Below are positions 26,591 through 39,498 of a stretch of 59,293 nucleotides of DNA, in pieces. Numbering within the stretch: the first letter of the stretch is position 1; every line of letters starts with the position of its first letter. This stretch comes from Octopus bimaculoides (lineage: Eukaryota). The notes below the pieces were generated by a model. It was not told the DNA's origin. It saw nothing but the letters and a program-made list of their open reading frames with translations, and searched no databases. The translations under genes were made by a program, and so were the position numbers. The stretch covers positions 23,268,688 to 23,327,980 of the forward strand of contig NC_069005.1 in NCBI RefSeq assembly GCF_001194135.2, read 5' to 3'.

Positions 26591-27010
26591 TCTATTTAAT
26601 AACAGCCAGTATAAAATGTTGGTTGTTGTTTTCTATAGGCATCATATAGAAAGAGAGGGTGAGAGAGTAAAAGAGAGATACAGAGAGGCAACAGAAGAGG
26701 TGCAGGATGAGTGCACATACTAGGTTTGGTGGCAGGCAAGGTGAAAAGGAACACTCACACACACTTGCATGCTTGTCTGTGCATACAGAAAGAATCAGAG
26801 ACACAGTTACGCTATACCTAGAAAAAAACACGAGACAGTCACAGTATGAATGCCTTTTATAATAGACCTGTTACACCCAGGTTGACCTGGGGCTAAACCA
26901 CAGCACAGCAGGGGTGGGGAGTGGGGGCTGCAAAAGCTGCTTAATTTCATTCATATCACACTGTACTATCTGCAATGGTAGAGGGCAGGTTGCTCCCACT
27001 CTGTAAGTAC

Positions 27011-27034
27011 CCCTAACCCTAACCCTAACCCTAA
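27011..27034. repeat. Interstitial telomere-type repeat (CCCTAA)4
   Basis: Direct reading. Confidence 0.9.
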
Positions 27035-27682
27035 CATTAGGTTTCAGAGGCTTAAGATATTGTTACTCTGACTTCCTTCTCAATCGATGTAACTCAGGAC
27101 AAGCATCATCACTCATCATTAGCATCACCTTCCCTCCACTTCTACACTGGAACAGACCTGTCCATCCCACCTGACAAGGAAAAGTCAGGTAAAATTAATG
27201 ACAAGGTTACCGATGAAGATTTTTTTTCCATTTTCCTATCACAGTGAAACTTGAAAACATGAACGGGGGGGGGGGATTTTAAAGAAGAATGGTTAACTGT
27301 ATATAAGGGAGGGTGATGGAATGTGAATAGATGAGTGAGGTGGAGAGATAGAGAGAGGGAGATTATACATATATAGAGAGAGAGGAGTAAATATCAGAGA
27401 GAGAAGTGTAAAAAAGAACTTGTAATATTTGTAGAGAGAAGAGGGGGAAGTGAGAGAAATGATAGGACAGATAGAGAGGGAGAGAGAAGAACTTGTAATG
27501 TTTGTAGAGAGGAGATAATAGGAAAGAGAGAGAGAGAGAGAGGGGGGAGAGAGAAGGCTGTAGAAGAGTAGATAAGAGAAGAGAAACAGTGTTCACAAAA
27601 CAGATAGGATAATGGGTAAGGAGGGATAGGATGAGTGAAAGTAGGATAGCGGAGTGGTAATGAGTTTGAATATGTGTGTGTG

Positions 27683-27725
<43 letters not shown>

Positions 27726-28650
27726 GAGAGAGAGAAAATGGTATTTACATTATTCAAACTTTTAACATTTAGAATTGCTAGGTAGTGTGTGTGTGTGTGT
27801 GTGTGTGTGCATGTGTGTGGGGGTGGGTGCATGTAATCCTATCATTACACATATATAAATACACACACACACACACACATATATATATACAAACATGCAT
27901 TTACAGACGGCTGCTGTCAACTGTTACAACTGCGAGGAACAAATTGTGCAACTCCCACTGCATAACATCTGCACAACTGTTCAAGCTACTTTTTCTTCTT
28001 TCTCTCTCTATTTTTTTTTTTTTTTTTTTTTTTTGTGACTGTTTCACTAAAATTAATTTGGCAATTTGTCCCCCACCGCCACCCAATGTCTCCTATCCAC
28101 ACACTGTCGGTAATACACAACCCTTCCATATCACCATCACCCTCAAACATAGTTTTGTTTTTACCCGTTCCCTGTACCCCCCTCCACACACACACACACA
28201 CACAAACACACACATGCAGGCAGGCATGCACGCAAGCACACACTCAACCTTTGGCCTTCCTTTCATTGTTGTCAAATGGGCCAATCTCTTAAATGACACC
28301 AAACTAGCAATCATTGTACCATCACCATCAGCAATACCAAATAACACAACCCGCTACTTTCATAACCCTGTATAGATATGGTTGTTTCACTCCATAACTA
28401 GGTGGCTTCAAGTTCAATCCCAGTGTATGGCACTTGGGCAAAATATCTTCTGCCATGGCCCCTGTGAAGATAATCTGATACACAGAAACTGTGTGAAAGT
28501 CCATTTAACCCTTTAGCTTATCTATTCAAATTATCTCGAATTCATCCTGCATTATCTGGTAACCTTGAGATTTCCGATGATGTGATTGTTTATGATCAAA
28601 ATAACATTCTGGAGTAGGTGTGAGATGTCAGCTCTGGTCAGTCTAAATAC

Positions 28651-28888
28651 ACTCTTTACTCTTTTTCTTGTTTTAGTCATTTGACTGTGGCCATGCTGGA
28701 GCACCGTCTTTAGTCGAGCAAATCGACCCCAGGACTTATTCTTTGTAAGCCTAGTACTTATTCTATCGGTCTCTTTTTGCCGAAATGCTAAGTTGCGGAG
28801 ACGTAAACACACCAGCATCGGTTGTCAAGCAATGATGGGAGAACAAACACAGACACACAAACATATACACACACATACATGTATATAT
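28651..28888 (-). mobile_element. SINE family D, 3' half, cut by gap; it truncates a piggyBac-type MITE (28509-28650)
   Basis: Tail actctttactcttt...; homologous to 29467-29865. Confidence 0.85.
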
Positions 28889-29466
28889 NNNNNNNNNNNN
28901 NNNNNNNNNNNNNNNNNNNNNNNNNNNNNNNNNNNNNNNNNNNNNNNNNNNNNNNNNNNNNNNNNNNNNNNNNNNNNNNNNNNNNNNNNNNNNNNNNNNN
29001 NNNNNNNNNNNNNNNNNNNNNNNNNNNNNNNNNNNNNNNNNNNNNNNNNNNNNNNNNNNNNNNNNNNNNNNNNNNNNNNNNNNNNNNNNNNNNNNNNNNN
29101 NNNNNNNNNNNNNNNNNNNNNNNNNNNNNNNNNNNNNNNNNNNNNNNNNNNNNNNNNNNNNNNNNNNNNNNNNNNNNNNNNNNNNNNNNNNNNNNNNNNN
29201 NNNNNNNNNNNNNNNNNNNNNNNNNNNNNNNNNNNNNNNNNNNNNNNNNNNNNNNNNNNNNNNNNNNNNNNNNNNNNNNNNNNNNNNNNNNNNNNNNNNN
29301 NNNNNNNNNNNNNNNNNNNNNNNNNNNNNNNNNNNNNNNNNNNNNNNNNNNNNNNNNNNNNNNNNNNNNNNNNNNNNNNNNNNNNNNNNNNNNNNNNNNN
29401 NNNNNNNNNNNNNNNNNNNNNNNNNNNNNNNNNNNNNNNNNNNNNNNNNNNNNNNNNNNNNNNNNN

Positions 29467-29672
29467 TTTACTCTTTTTCTTGTTTTAGTCATTTGACTGT
29501 GGCCATGCTGGAGCACCGTCTTTAGTCGAGCAAATCGACCCCAGGACTTATTCTTTGTAAGCCTAGTACTTATTCTATCGGTCTCTTTTTGCCGAACCGC
29601 TAAGTTACGTGGACCTAAACACACCAGCATCGGTTGTCAAGCGATGGTGGGGGGACAAACACAGACACACAA

Positions 29673-29703
<31 letters not shown>

Positions 29704-29865
29704 CATATATACGACAGGCTTCTTTCAGTTTCCGTCTACCAAATCCACTCACAAGGCTTTGGTCAGCCCGAGGCTATAGTAGAATACACTTTCCCAAGGT
29801 GCCACGCAGTGGGACTGAACCTGGAACCATGTGGTTGGTAAGCAAGCTACTTACCACACAGCCAC
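29467..29865 (-). mobile_element. Young full-length tRNA-headed SINE, family D
   Basis: Minus-strand head gtggctgtgtggtaagtagcttgc...ggttccaggttcagtcccactgcgtggc, central TA/CA microsatellite and tail ...gaaaaagagtaaa. Confidence 0.9.
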
Positions 29866-31312
29866 GAGTGACTTATTTTGTGAAGTTTGCTCTGTTGTAA
29901 CCATTTGAGCTGGGTCTTCAATCTGTATACAGTTTCCACCATTGGGTATAGATTTCCCTACCTGCGTTGATCGAAGATCAATGTGTGTATGTGTGTGTAT
30001 GTATGTGTGTGTGTACACCTGAGACCTTGAAACAATTTTCTACACCTGTCAATGTACAAACACTTTCTCTGTCTAGATTAGCACAAGCTGACATGGACAC
30101 GCATGCACACACACACACACACACACGCGCACGCACGGACAGACAGACAGACATGTGTATTTGTGTATGTATAAAGAGGGATTAACTTTTATAAAGCCTG
30201 AAACCCCAGTAATACAAAGCTTAAATCCTTTTCAGAGCTTTGCACACACAAAAATGAATATTGTGAGTGTGTGTATGTGATGCCTTTCCCTCCATCTTTT
30301 GTATTAGTAAACCTAACTAGGATGATCCAGCACATTTTTAGTCAGACATTCCAGCTGTAGCCATCTCACCTTATATTCAGACAAAGTGTATCCAACTCCA
30401 CACTACCCAATGTCCTTCCTTGCTCTTGTTGAGTTCGAGGTCACCTATTTATACAACAGATTTAAAAACGAAGACATTCTAACAGTGACCAGCCCATATC
30501 ATATTCCTTTTTTTTTTTTTTTTTTTTTTTTTCCATTTTCTCTTTAAGATAGTAAAGTAGTTTGCAATTAAAAAGAAGTTTGGCTGCTATTATTAACAAT
30601 TTGAGCAACCAACAACTACAGACTACCATGAACTCTGCAGATACTTTAAAAGTTGAAAAACTTGAATGTCAGAAGTCAGTGGTTTTTCAAGTGCTGTGTA
30701 CAACCTGGCTGACGTAAGAGCTGACATTCTTCGGTAATGCATACCACATTAATGCTTGAAAGTTAAGAGTTACTTACATCATTGTGATCATTTTGACATC
30801 CACTTTTCTATGTTTGCATGTGTTGAACAGAGTTTACTGAGGCGGATTTTCTAACGCCAGAATGCCCCTTCCNNNNNNNNNNNNNNNNNNNNNNNNNNNN
30901 NNNNNNNNNNNNNNNNNNNNNNNNNNNNNNNNNNNNNNNNNNNNNNNNNNNNNNNNNNNNNNNNNNNNNNNNNNNNNNNNNNNNNNNNNNNNNNNNNNNN
31001 NTGACAATGAGGCTAACAGACTACTATCATGTGATGTCAAGACAAATTATACCCACGCAATACGCGCATCAGGTTTTTTCAGGTTTTTTTTTTGTTGTAT
31101 CAAATCCACTTTTGAAACTTTGGTTACCTGGAGCTATTGCAAAAGACATTTTATCCAAGGTATTATGCAGTGACTGAACCCAAAACCATGTGGTTGGGAA
31201 ACAAACTTCTTAAACACATACCCATCTTATAAATATACACACACACACAATCAAAGGGCAGGCATTAGAGCACTCGAGTCTTTATAACTAACCCAGTGGC
31301 GGATTCAGCTTC

Positions 31313-31349
<37 letters not shown>

Positions 31350-31834
31350 TACATATACATATATACATAATACACACACACACACACACACATACACAAA
31401 TATATATATACACATATATGGACACACATACACACACACGTACAAAAACATTACATGTATCAGATACAATAAAAACCTCAATAAAAACAACAAACAGCAT
31501 TAGAAGGGAATTAATTCTTCCAGTTTAGAAGAAATAGGAGTTCAAGGTTTCAGACTATTGTCTGTCCTTGTGAGACAGAGAGAGGAAAGGGACCACTGCC
31601 TGAAATGTCAGACTCCCCCTCCCCCCAGCCCACTTCTTCTTCCTGCCCCTTACAGTGTAAAATTTATTACTTAATATTCCTATTTGCTTGGTGTTTTCTA
31701 GTCCTGAATTCCTTTTTTGCAAATATCCTATGAATTTTATCCAGAGATTAAGTTACCTCACCCATTTGTAAAGAGGGAGAATATTTTTTGTACCCTTCTA
31801 AATGCAGTGTGTGTCTTCTTATTTTTATCTTTTT

Positions 31835-32208
31835 TAGTTGTTTCAGTTATTGGACTGTGGTTATGCTGGATACTGCTTCGAAGAATTTTTAGTCAAACGG
31901 ATTGACCCCAATACCTGTTTTTTTTTTTTTTTTTTTTTTTTTAAGCCAGGTATTTATTCTATTGGTCTTTGTTGCTGGACTGCTAAGTCATAGGGACATA
32001 AACACATTAACATTGGATGTCAAGAGGTGGTGGAGGACAAACACAGACAGACACACACACGGAAGGCTACCTTCAGTTCCCAACTACCAAATCCACTCAC
32101 AAGGCTTTGGTCAGCCCGAGGCTATAGTAGAAAACACTTGCCTAAGGTGCCATGCAGTGGGACTGAACCTGGAACCATGTGGTTGGGAAGCAAGCTACTT
32201 ACCACACA
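31835..32208 (-). mobile_element. SINE family D copy
   Basis: Homologous to 29467-29865. Confidence 0.85.
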
Positions 32209-33357
32209 TATATGCCACAAAAATATTACAGGTAATTTGTGTATAAAGTTATTATCTACATATTTGTAGGCAATACATGAATGGAGTTCATAGATTCATA
32301 TTTGAAGACTACAGTTTGAGAACATTCAATTTGAAAGGGAAAACAGTGGAGTTGAAACAGGGAGAAAATGATGGTCCACAATAAGTAAGGTGATTGATGG
32401 TTAAGGGGGTGAGGGACTTAACACATATTTTGATAATATCCTACATAACACTTTCATGGTTCAGCTACTTCATCAGATCTGACCAGTATCACAAGTAAAA
32501 TTCAACTAGCATTCTTTATTTCTCTTACTCTTTCTCCCCCACCAACATCTCTCTCTCTCCCTCTCTCTCTCTCTGACACAGTAAGGGTTTATTTGAAAGG
32601 CATAACAGCCCACAGAAACAAGAAACATCATTCCTTCAACACGTTCTGTTTCTATTTAAAGTTGCCAAAGTAAAGTTTGATAATGTAAAAAGAGAGCTAA
32701 ATGATATCCATAGCATTAATGACTGGTTAATCAAAGCATGATATCTTAACAAAAAAAAAAAAAAAAAAAAGAAAGAAAGAAAAGAAAAAGAATCCCACTT
32801 TTAATTATAGTTCCATGAAAGAAAGAACTACTTTGGCAAAGGAGGTTTATGGTACCTGGTACCTGTTTCAATTGAGTTTTATTGTTTACCCAAGACTCCT
32901 TATATGGAGGAACTCTATTTGGAAGTATTTAGTTGATAAGACAAAGATAAAGGGAACTGCAATTGGTAAGTTTTTCAACAGTACCACCCCCTCTCCCTGT
33001 ACCCACATTGGGAGAAGATCTCTAATTAGCTCCCAGAGTGACAGGAAGTTAAGAGAGGGAGGTCATCAAGGGCTGTGAAGAGAGAAAAGTACTAAAGTGT
33101 CTGTTTCTGGTAAACTTGATGGCCTAAATATCTAATTTGCTCATATAGGAAATTGTTAAATGGCTATTTTTGGTGTTAGTACTTGGCCACATGCAAGCCC
33201 TGATTGAGCAAGACTTGTGTGATTTGAGGGAAATTTAGCGGCTATATACCCCTAGGAGACTGAGTAACCACACAGCAGTTTTCTCATTGGCATTTATTTG
33301 ACGAGAAATCATTTAGCATTCAGATTACTCTTTCAAATGTAATGATTATTTATTCAC

Positions 33358-33572
33358 ATTCATCATCATCATCATCATCGTTTAACGTCCACTTTCCATG
33401 CTAGCATGGGTTGGACGATTTGACTGAGGACTGGTGAAACCGGATGGCAACACCAGGCTCCAATCTGATTTGGCAGAGTTTCTACAGCTGGATGCCCTTC
33501 CTAACGCCAACCACTCAGAGAGTGTAGTGGGTGCTTTTACATGTCACCTGCACGAAGGCCAGTCAGGCGGTT
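33358..33572 (-). mobile_element. Young 5'-truncated family-E SINE nested in a piggyBac-type MITE (33312-33737)
   Basis: MITE sequence ...tattcacatt | resumes as tttgaattaatcattgc after the insert; (CAT)n tail at the left end. Confidence 0.85.
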
Positions 33573-34974
33573 TGAATTAATCATTGCATTACCTTGTAAC
33601 ATTGAGATCTCAGTGATGTGATTGTATATCTTTAAAATGACATTGTAGCAGAAGTGTGAGAGGCTGGATCTGGTCAGTTTGAGCATAAAACAAGTAGAAT
33701 ATTTGGGCCAGATACGGCCAGTTTAAATGCTGAAGGGTTAAGTAATTTCTTACACAGGTACAAGGCTAAGAGGATGAAAGAACAGAAGAGTCAGTTATGT
33801 TGATTGAACCCCTTAGCTTCCACATTATTTCAAATTTGTCCTGCATTATCTTGTAACTTCGAGATTTCGATGTTATAATTGTATATTTTTAGAATGACAT
33901 TTTACGGTAGGTGTGAGAGGCTGAATCTGACCAGTTTGAACATAAAACAGGTAGAATATTTTGGTCAAATATGACCAGTTTAAATGGTAAAGGGTTAAGG
34001 ATGTGGTTCAAAGTAGATTTAGCTGTTACTTGTGACAGCTCTACAAGAGATTCCCTTGCTGGCTGAGTATTCCTCATGCAAAAAGAAATAGTGATGACAG
34101 TAGTTAAATGTGTTATTACAATGTTAATGCTCTGAGAAAAGCAATGATGACAGTCTAATAAATATTGGTTTCAAAGTTTGGCACAAGGCCAGCAAGTTCA
34201 TGGGAGGGGTGATAGTTGATTACATCAACTCCAGTACTCAGCTGGTACTTATTTCATCAACCCTGAAAAGATGAAGGGCAAAGTCGATTCCAGCAGAATT
34301 TGAACTCAGAATGTAAGGATGGATGAAATGCTGCTAAGCATTTTGCCCAGAGTGTTAATGTTTCAAACAGTCTAACAGATATTGCTAACAGCAATAAACA
34401 ACTTAGTGTCAGCATATTTAATAGGACAGAACATATAAAAAAAAACCCATCAAACTAGAAATATTGATGTCACTGATTAAAAGCAAATATATAATGAATG
34501 AGAAATATCCTGAGATTACACAATGACAGTTTAAATCAAGTATGAGCAACCTTTCTCAAGGAGCAGGCAGCATGAAGACATCGCTCATCATCAAGTAGAC
34601 ATCACTTCTAGAAAAATTCAAAGCAATTCTTTGTTGGGTAAGTCATTCAGAAAATCTCACAGGCTGATTTGCCCGGGGACTGTTTTTATATAACAATACT
34701 AGTTATTCTTATATTCTAGTTTAAAAAACCTGTATTTTTGTGTCTTAATATTAAGGCCTTTATTTTCTTTCTTTCTTTCTCTCTCTCTCAAGAAAAATGT
34801 GGAGGTATGGCTGTATGATTAAGAAACTCACTTTGCAACCACGTGGTTTTGGGTTCAGTCCCACTGTTCAGCACTTCAAACAAGTGTCTTCTACTATAGC
34901 CCCAGGCAGACACCAGTTTGGTAGAGAATTTGGCAGATGGAAATAGTGTGGAAGCTCATTGTGTGTGGGTATGT

Positions 34975-35008
<34 letters not shown>

Positions 35009-35080
35009 TATATACACACATGAGTGAGTGGACAAACAAAAGAAGGGCACTCAACCAATTTATTGGAAGTTACATGTATG

Positions 35081-35187
35081 GATCAAAATAGTTTGATTCA
35101 AATTCGTCGGTGCTCTCGAGTTTCAAGACTAGCATCACACTTGAAACTCAAGAATACCAACAAATTTGAATCAAAACTGTTTTGATC
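35081..35187. repeat. Hairpin: 47/48-bp arms, 12-nt loop
   Basis: 35081-35127 versus 35140-35187: 6 substitutions and one bulge. Confidence 0.9.
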
Positions 35188-35284
35188 TATCTATCTATAG
35201 ATAGATCAAACTGTTTTGATACCAAACCATGCACACACACACACACACACACACATACGCACACACATACATATGCACACACAC

Positions 35285-35570
35285 GTTCTGTTATCACACA
35301 CACACTCGCAGACTCTCGCGCACGCACAGATATTCACCTCCCTTTTTCACTCTCCTGTCTTAGAAAGAACTTTTCCCTCACCACCTCCTCTTCCGGTCCT
35401 TTCACAATGTAACCTCGTGGTGCCATTTTCCTCTTCCTCCGTTTTTCCATTCTCCGAACTTTATGTCTTTCTGACGAAGGGCTTCGCCCGAAACGTCATA
35501 CTCTCTCTCCTTCCTTTCCCGAGCGTCCAATAACACTATCCGTATCACGTCCTCACTTTGTTGTTTTTTG
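35285..35570 (+). mobile_element. CpG-rich repeat resembling a Penelope-like element terminal repeat, carrying a hammerhead-like core
   Basis: ctgacgaagggcttcgcccgaaacgtc followed by ...cttcctttcccgagcgtccaataacact...; family assignment is from recalled motif similarity, not a search. Confidence 0.55.
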
Positions 35571-35820
35571 TGTACATACACACAGAGGTGTGTACACATG
35601 TATATATATATATATATGTGTGTGTGTATGTCTTTGTATTTGCAACCCACCACTGCTTAACAACTAGTGTCAGTTTGCTTACAAGGCCATAACTTAGCAA
35701 TTCAACCCAAGATATCAATAGAGTACATACCAGGCTTTAAAAAGCATAAAACACTGAGGTCAATTTATTTGACTAAACCCCAATGACTGAAACTCTCTCT
35801 CTCTCTCCCTGTCAAAAAGG

Positions 35821-36037
35821 ACTCGCTTTACTCTTTTACTTGTTTCAGTCATTTGACTGCGGCCATGCTGGAGCACCGCCTTTAGTCGAGAAAATTGACC
35901 CCAGGACTTATTCTTTGTAAGCCTAGTACTTATTCTATCGGTCTCTTTTGCTGAACCGCTAAGTTAGGGGGACGTAAACACACCAGCATCGGTTGTCAAG
36001 CGATGTTGAGGGGACAAACAGACACACAAACACACAT
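35821..36037 (-). mobile_element. Young SINE family D, 3' half, cut by gap
   Basis: Homologous to 29467-29865. Confidence 0.88.
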
Positions 36038-36701
36038 NNNNNNNNNNNNNNNNNNNNNNNNNNNNNNNNNNNNNNNNNNNNNNNNNNNNNNNNNNNNNNN
36101 NNNNNNNNNNNNNNNNNNNNNNNNNNNNNNNNNNNNNNNNNNNNNNNNNNNNNNNNNNNNNNNNNNNNNNNNNNNNNNNNNNNNNNNNNNNNNNNNNNNN
36201 NNNNNNNNNNNNNNNNNNNNNNNNNNNNNNNNNNNNNNNNNNNNNNNNNNNNNNNNNNNNNNNNNNNNNNNNNNNNNNNNNNNNNNNNNNNNNNNNNNNN
36301 NNNNNNNNNNNNNNNNNNNNNNNNNNNNNNNNNNNNNNNNNNNNNNNNNNNNNNNNNNNNNNNNNNNNNNNNNNNNNNNNNNNNNNNNNNNNNNNNNNNN
36401 NNNNNNNNNNNNNNNNNNNNNNNNNNNNNNNNNNNNNNNNNNNNNNNNNNNNNNNNNNNNNNNNNGGGGGGGGGGGGAATAAATATGACCCGAGAAAGAA
36501 ATAATATTCTGATATTGTGACAAGGTTGTTGATGATGATGATGATGATGATGATAGCTACTTGATATACATACAAAATGAATGAAACTGGAGCTGATGAC
36601 AAGCATAGATTCTCCTACAGTAAACAAGTATTGACAGAGAAGATGGGTTGATCACAAACACACACACATACAGCTGAACACTTATGACAGCAGCAGCAGC
36701 C

Positions 36702-36751
<50 letters not shown>

Positions 36752-38361
36752 GGTGGCAGTAGCAGCAGCAAAAATAGTTCTGGTTTAACCCCTAGATCAG
36801 CCAACAAACAAGCAGACCTGATCACTGTCCCAGCAGTGAACAAACATCCTTTCTCGCATCCCTCCTATCTACACTAACGTAAAAAAAAAAAAATGCTTGA
36901 TTTGAAGGATATTTTTACTGCTATTTCTAGCACTGTTGAGATCTCTCTAGTTGGCTAGCAGCAATCAATATATTAGTGACTGGCAGAACTGTTAGCAAGC
37001 TGGGCAAAATGGTTTACGGCATTTTGTCAGTCTTTACATTCTGAGTTCAAATTCCACCAAGGTCAACTTCGCCTTTTATCTTTTTGGGGTTGATAAAATA
37101 AGGACCAGTTGAATGCTGAGATTGATGTAACTGACTTAACCCCTTTCCCCATATTGCTGGCCTNNNNNNNNNNNNNNNNNNNNNNNNNNNNNNNNNNNNN
37201 NNNNNNNNNNNNNNNNNNNNNNNNNNNNNNNNNNNNNNNNNNNNNNNNNNNNNNNNNNNNNNNNNNNNNNNNNNNNNNNNNNNNNNNNNNNNNNNNNNNN
37301 NNNNNNNNNNNNNNNNNNNNNNNNNNNNNNNNNNNNNNNNNNNNNNNNNNNNNNNNNNNNNNNNNNNNNNNNNNNNNNNNNNNNNNNNNNNNNNNNNNNN
37401 NNNNNNNNNNNNNNNNNNNNNNNNNNNNNNNNNNNNNNNNNNNNNNNNNNNNNNNNNNNNNNNNNNNNNNNNNNNNNNNNNNNNNNNNNNNNNNNNNNNN
37501 NNNNNNNNNNNNNNNNNNNNNNNNNNNNNNNNNNNNNNNNNNNNNNNNNNNNNNNNNNNNNNNNNNNNNNNNNNNNNNNNNNNNNNNNNNNNNNNNNNNN
37601 NNNNNNNNNNNNNNNNNNNNNNNNNNNNNNNNNNNNNNNNNNNNNNNNNNNNNNNNNNNNNNNNNNNNNNNNNNNNNNNNNNNNNNNNNNNNNNNNNNNN
37701 NNNNNNNNNNNNNNNNNNNNNNNNNNNNNNNNNNNNNNNNNNNNNNNNNNNNNNNNNNNNNNNNNNNNNNNNNNNNNNNNNNNNNNNNNNNNNNNNNNNN
37801 NNNNNNNNNNNNNNNNNNNNNNNNNNNNNNNNNNNNNNNNNNNNNNNNNNNNNNNNNNNNNNNNNNNNNNNNNNNNNNNNNNNNNNNNNNNNNNNNNNNN
37901 NNNNNNNNNNNNNNNNNNNNNNNNNNNNNNNNNNNNNNNNNNNNNNNNNNNNNNNNNNNNNNNNNNNNNNNNNNNNNNNNNNNNNNNNNNNNNNNNNNNN
38001 NNNNNNNNNNNNNNNNNNNNNNNNNNNNNNNNNNNNNNNNNNNNNNNNNNNNNNNNNNNNNNNNNNNNNNNNNNNNNNNNNNNNNNNNNNNNNNNNNNNN
38101 NNNNNNNNNNNNNNNNNNAAGATAATATTTTTCATAGCCAAGATGTTTTCATGGAAGATTGAAAACAGACAGCACTACTTGTATAATGGTGATGCTCGCT
38201 TACAATCACAAGGATACACACAATGGGCTTCTTGCAGTTTTCCATCTACTAAATCCACTCAAAAGGCTTTGGTTGGCCTGAGGCAACAAGAGAAGACATG
38301 CACAAAGTGCTGCACAATGGCACCAAAATCCAGAATCAGTTACAATATAAGCTATGTTATT

Positions 38362-38497
38362 ATATTGTTACATTTTGGGATGGTAATTTTTTTTTTCTTG
38401 CCAAATAAACACAGGCATGAAGAACGAATATCAGTGTATGTGATTATTTGGCAAGAAAACAAAAAAAAAAAATGACCGTCCCAAAATATAACAATAT
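38362..38497. repeat. Imperfect inverted repeat, about 47-54-bp arms, 35-nt loop
   Basis: atattgttacattttgggatggt...cttgccaaataa versus ttatttggcaag...accgtcccaaaatataacaatat. Confidence 0.8.
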
Positions 38498-39498
38498 CTG
38501 TTTCAACACACGATTTCACATCAGGAATCTTGCAAAATAAAGTCATAAATTTATGTTATACATAACTCTATACAGTTCCTTTTTGTTTATAATGTTTAGC
38601 CTAGAGACACTCACTTGAAACCGTCCATTTTTTTTTTTTATTACCTGACAATTTGTATGACATATCACCAACGGTGAGGTGTGAAGCTGATATCTCACTA
38701 ATTATTGGGGTATTAAGCTCCATAGAAGTAATCGTTGGATTGTTATGGAGTTGAAGTCAGCAAAAATCTACTGACTGACTAAAAACACAAACTACACATA
38801 CATTAAAATTTTCAATTTCACTGATACTAATTTGATTAATCTATTTCTTTCTTGCTTCTCAGTTTAAATTTATAGTAATACAAATAATTATATAGATATA
38901 ACATTTCTTTGAAACAAAATTTTCAATTTTTTTTACACAATATATATTTTTTTTCTTTCATGTTATATTCACTTAAATTCTATCATCAAACAATGAATTC
39001 TTTAATCTTGAAAAGGAAAGGTTATCTATCTTATTGAGTTTCATCAATCTAATTGAGTTTATTTCTTTTAAAATAGCCAGATAATTATTTAGTTGCTTTA
39101 GGTGTTCAATTTTTTAGTTTTAACTTTGATGTACTTCATTTAGATTTTTGAACTGGTAAACAAAGATGTTCCCACGTTTATTTTATCATATTTATTTTTA
39201 TAGTTTTGCTTTCCTTCTTATATAGCTTTTCTTCCTTTTTATTTAAAAACGGCCTTTATTTTGTTTTTCTCCATTTTGTAAGTTTTTCTTTTGCCTAATT
39301 GTTTGTATCTTCTTTTATAAACAGTAATCAAAGAAGCCTTTGAACCCACACTTATCCTGTATGGCACAAATCTGTCCAACAACTAACTGTTAGTCTTATA
39401 CAACCTGAATCAAACCTAAGCTCCTTTACGTTTGTTTAAAACGAACTTATGAACTCCCTAATCTGAGGGAGCAAACATCAATCCTTTCATCTATCAAT

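Noticed and set aside
27011-27034. Chromosome end or fusion scar
   Set aside because: Only four TTAGGG-type units inside an intron; too short to support that.
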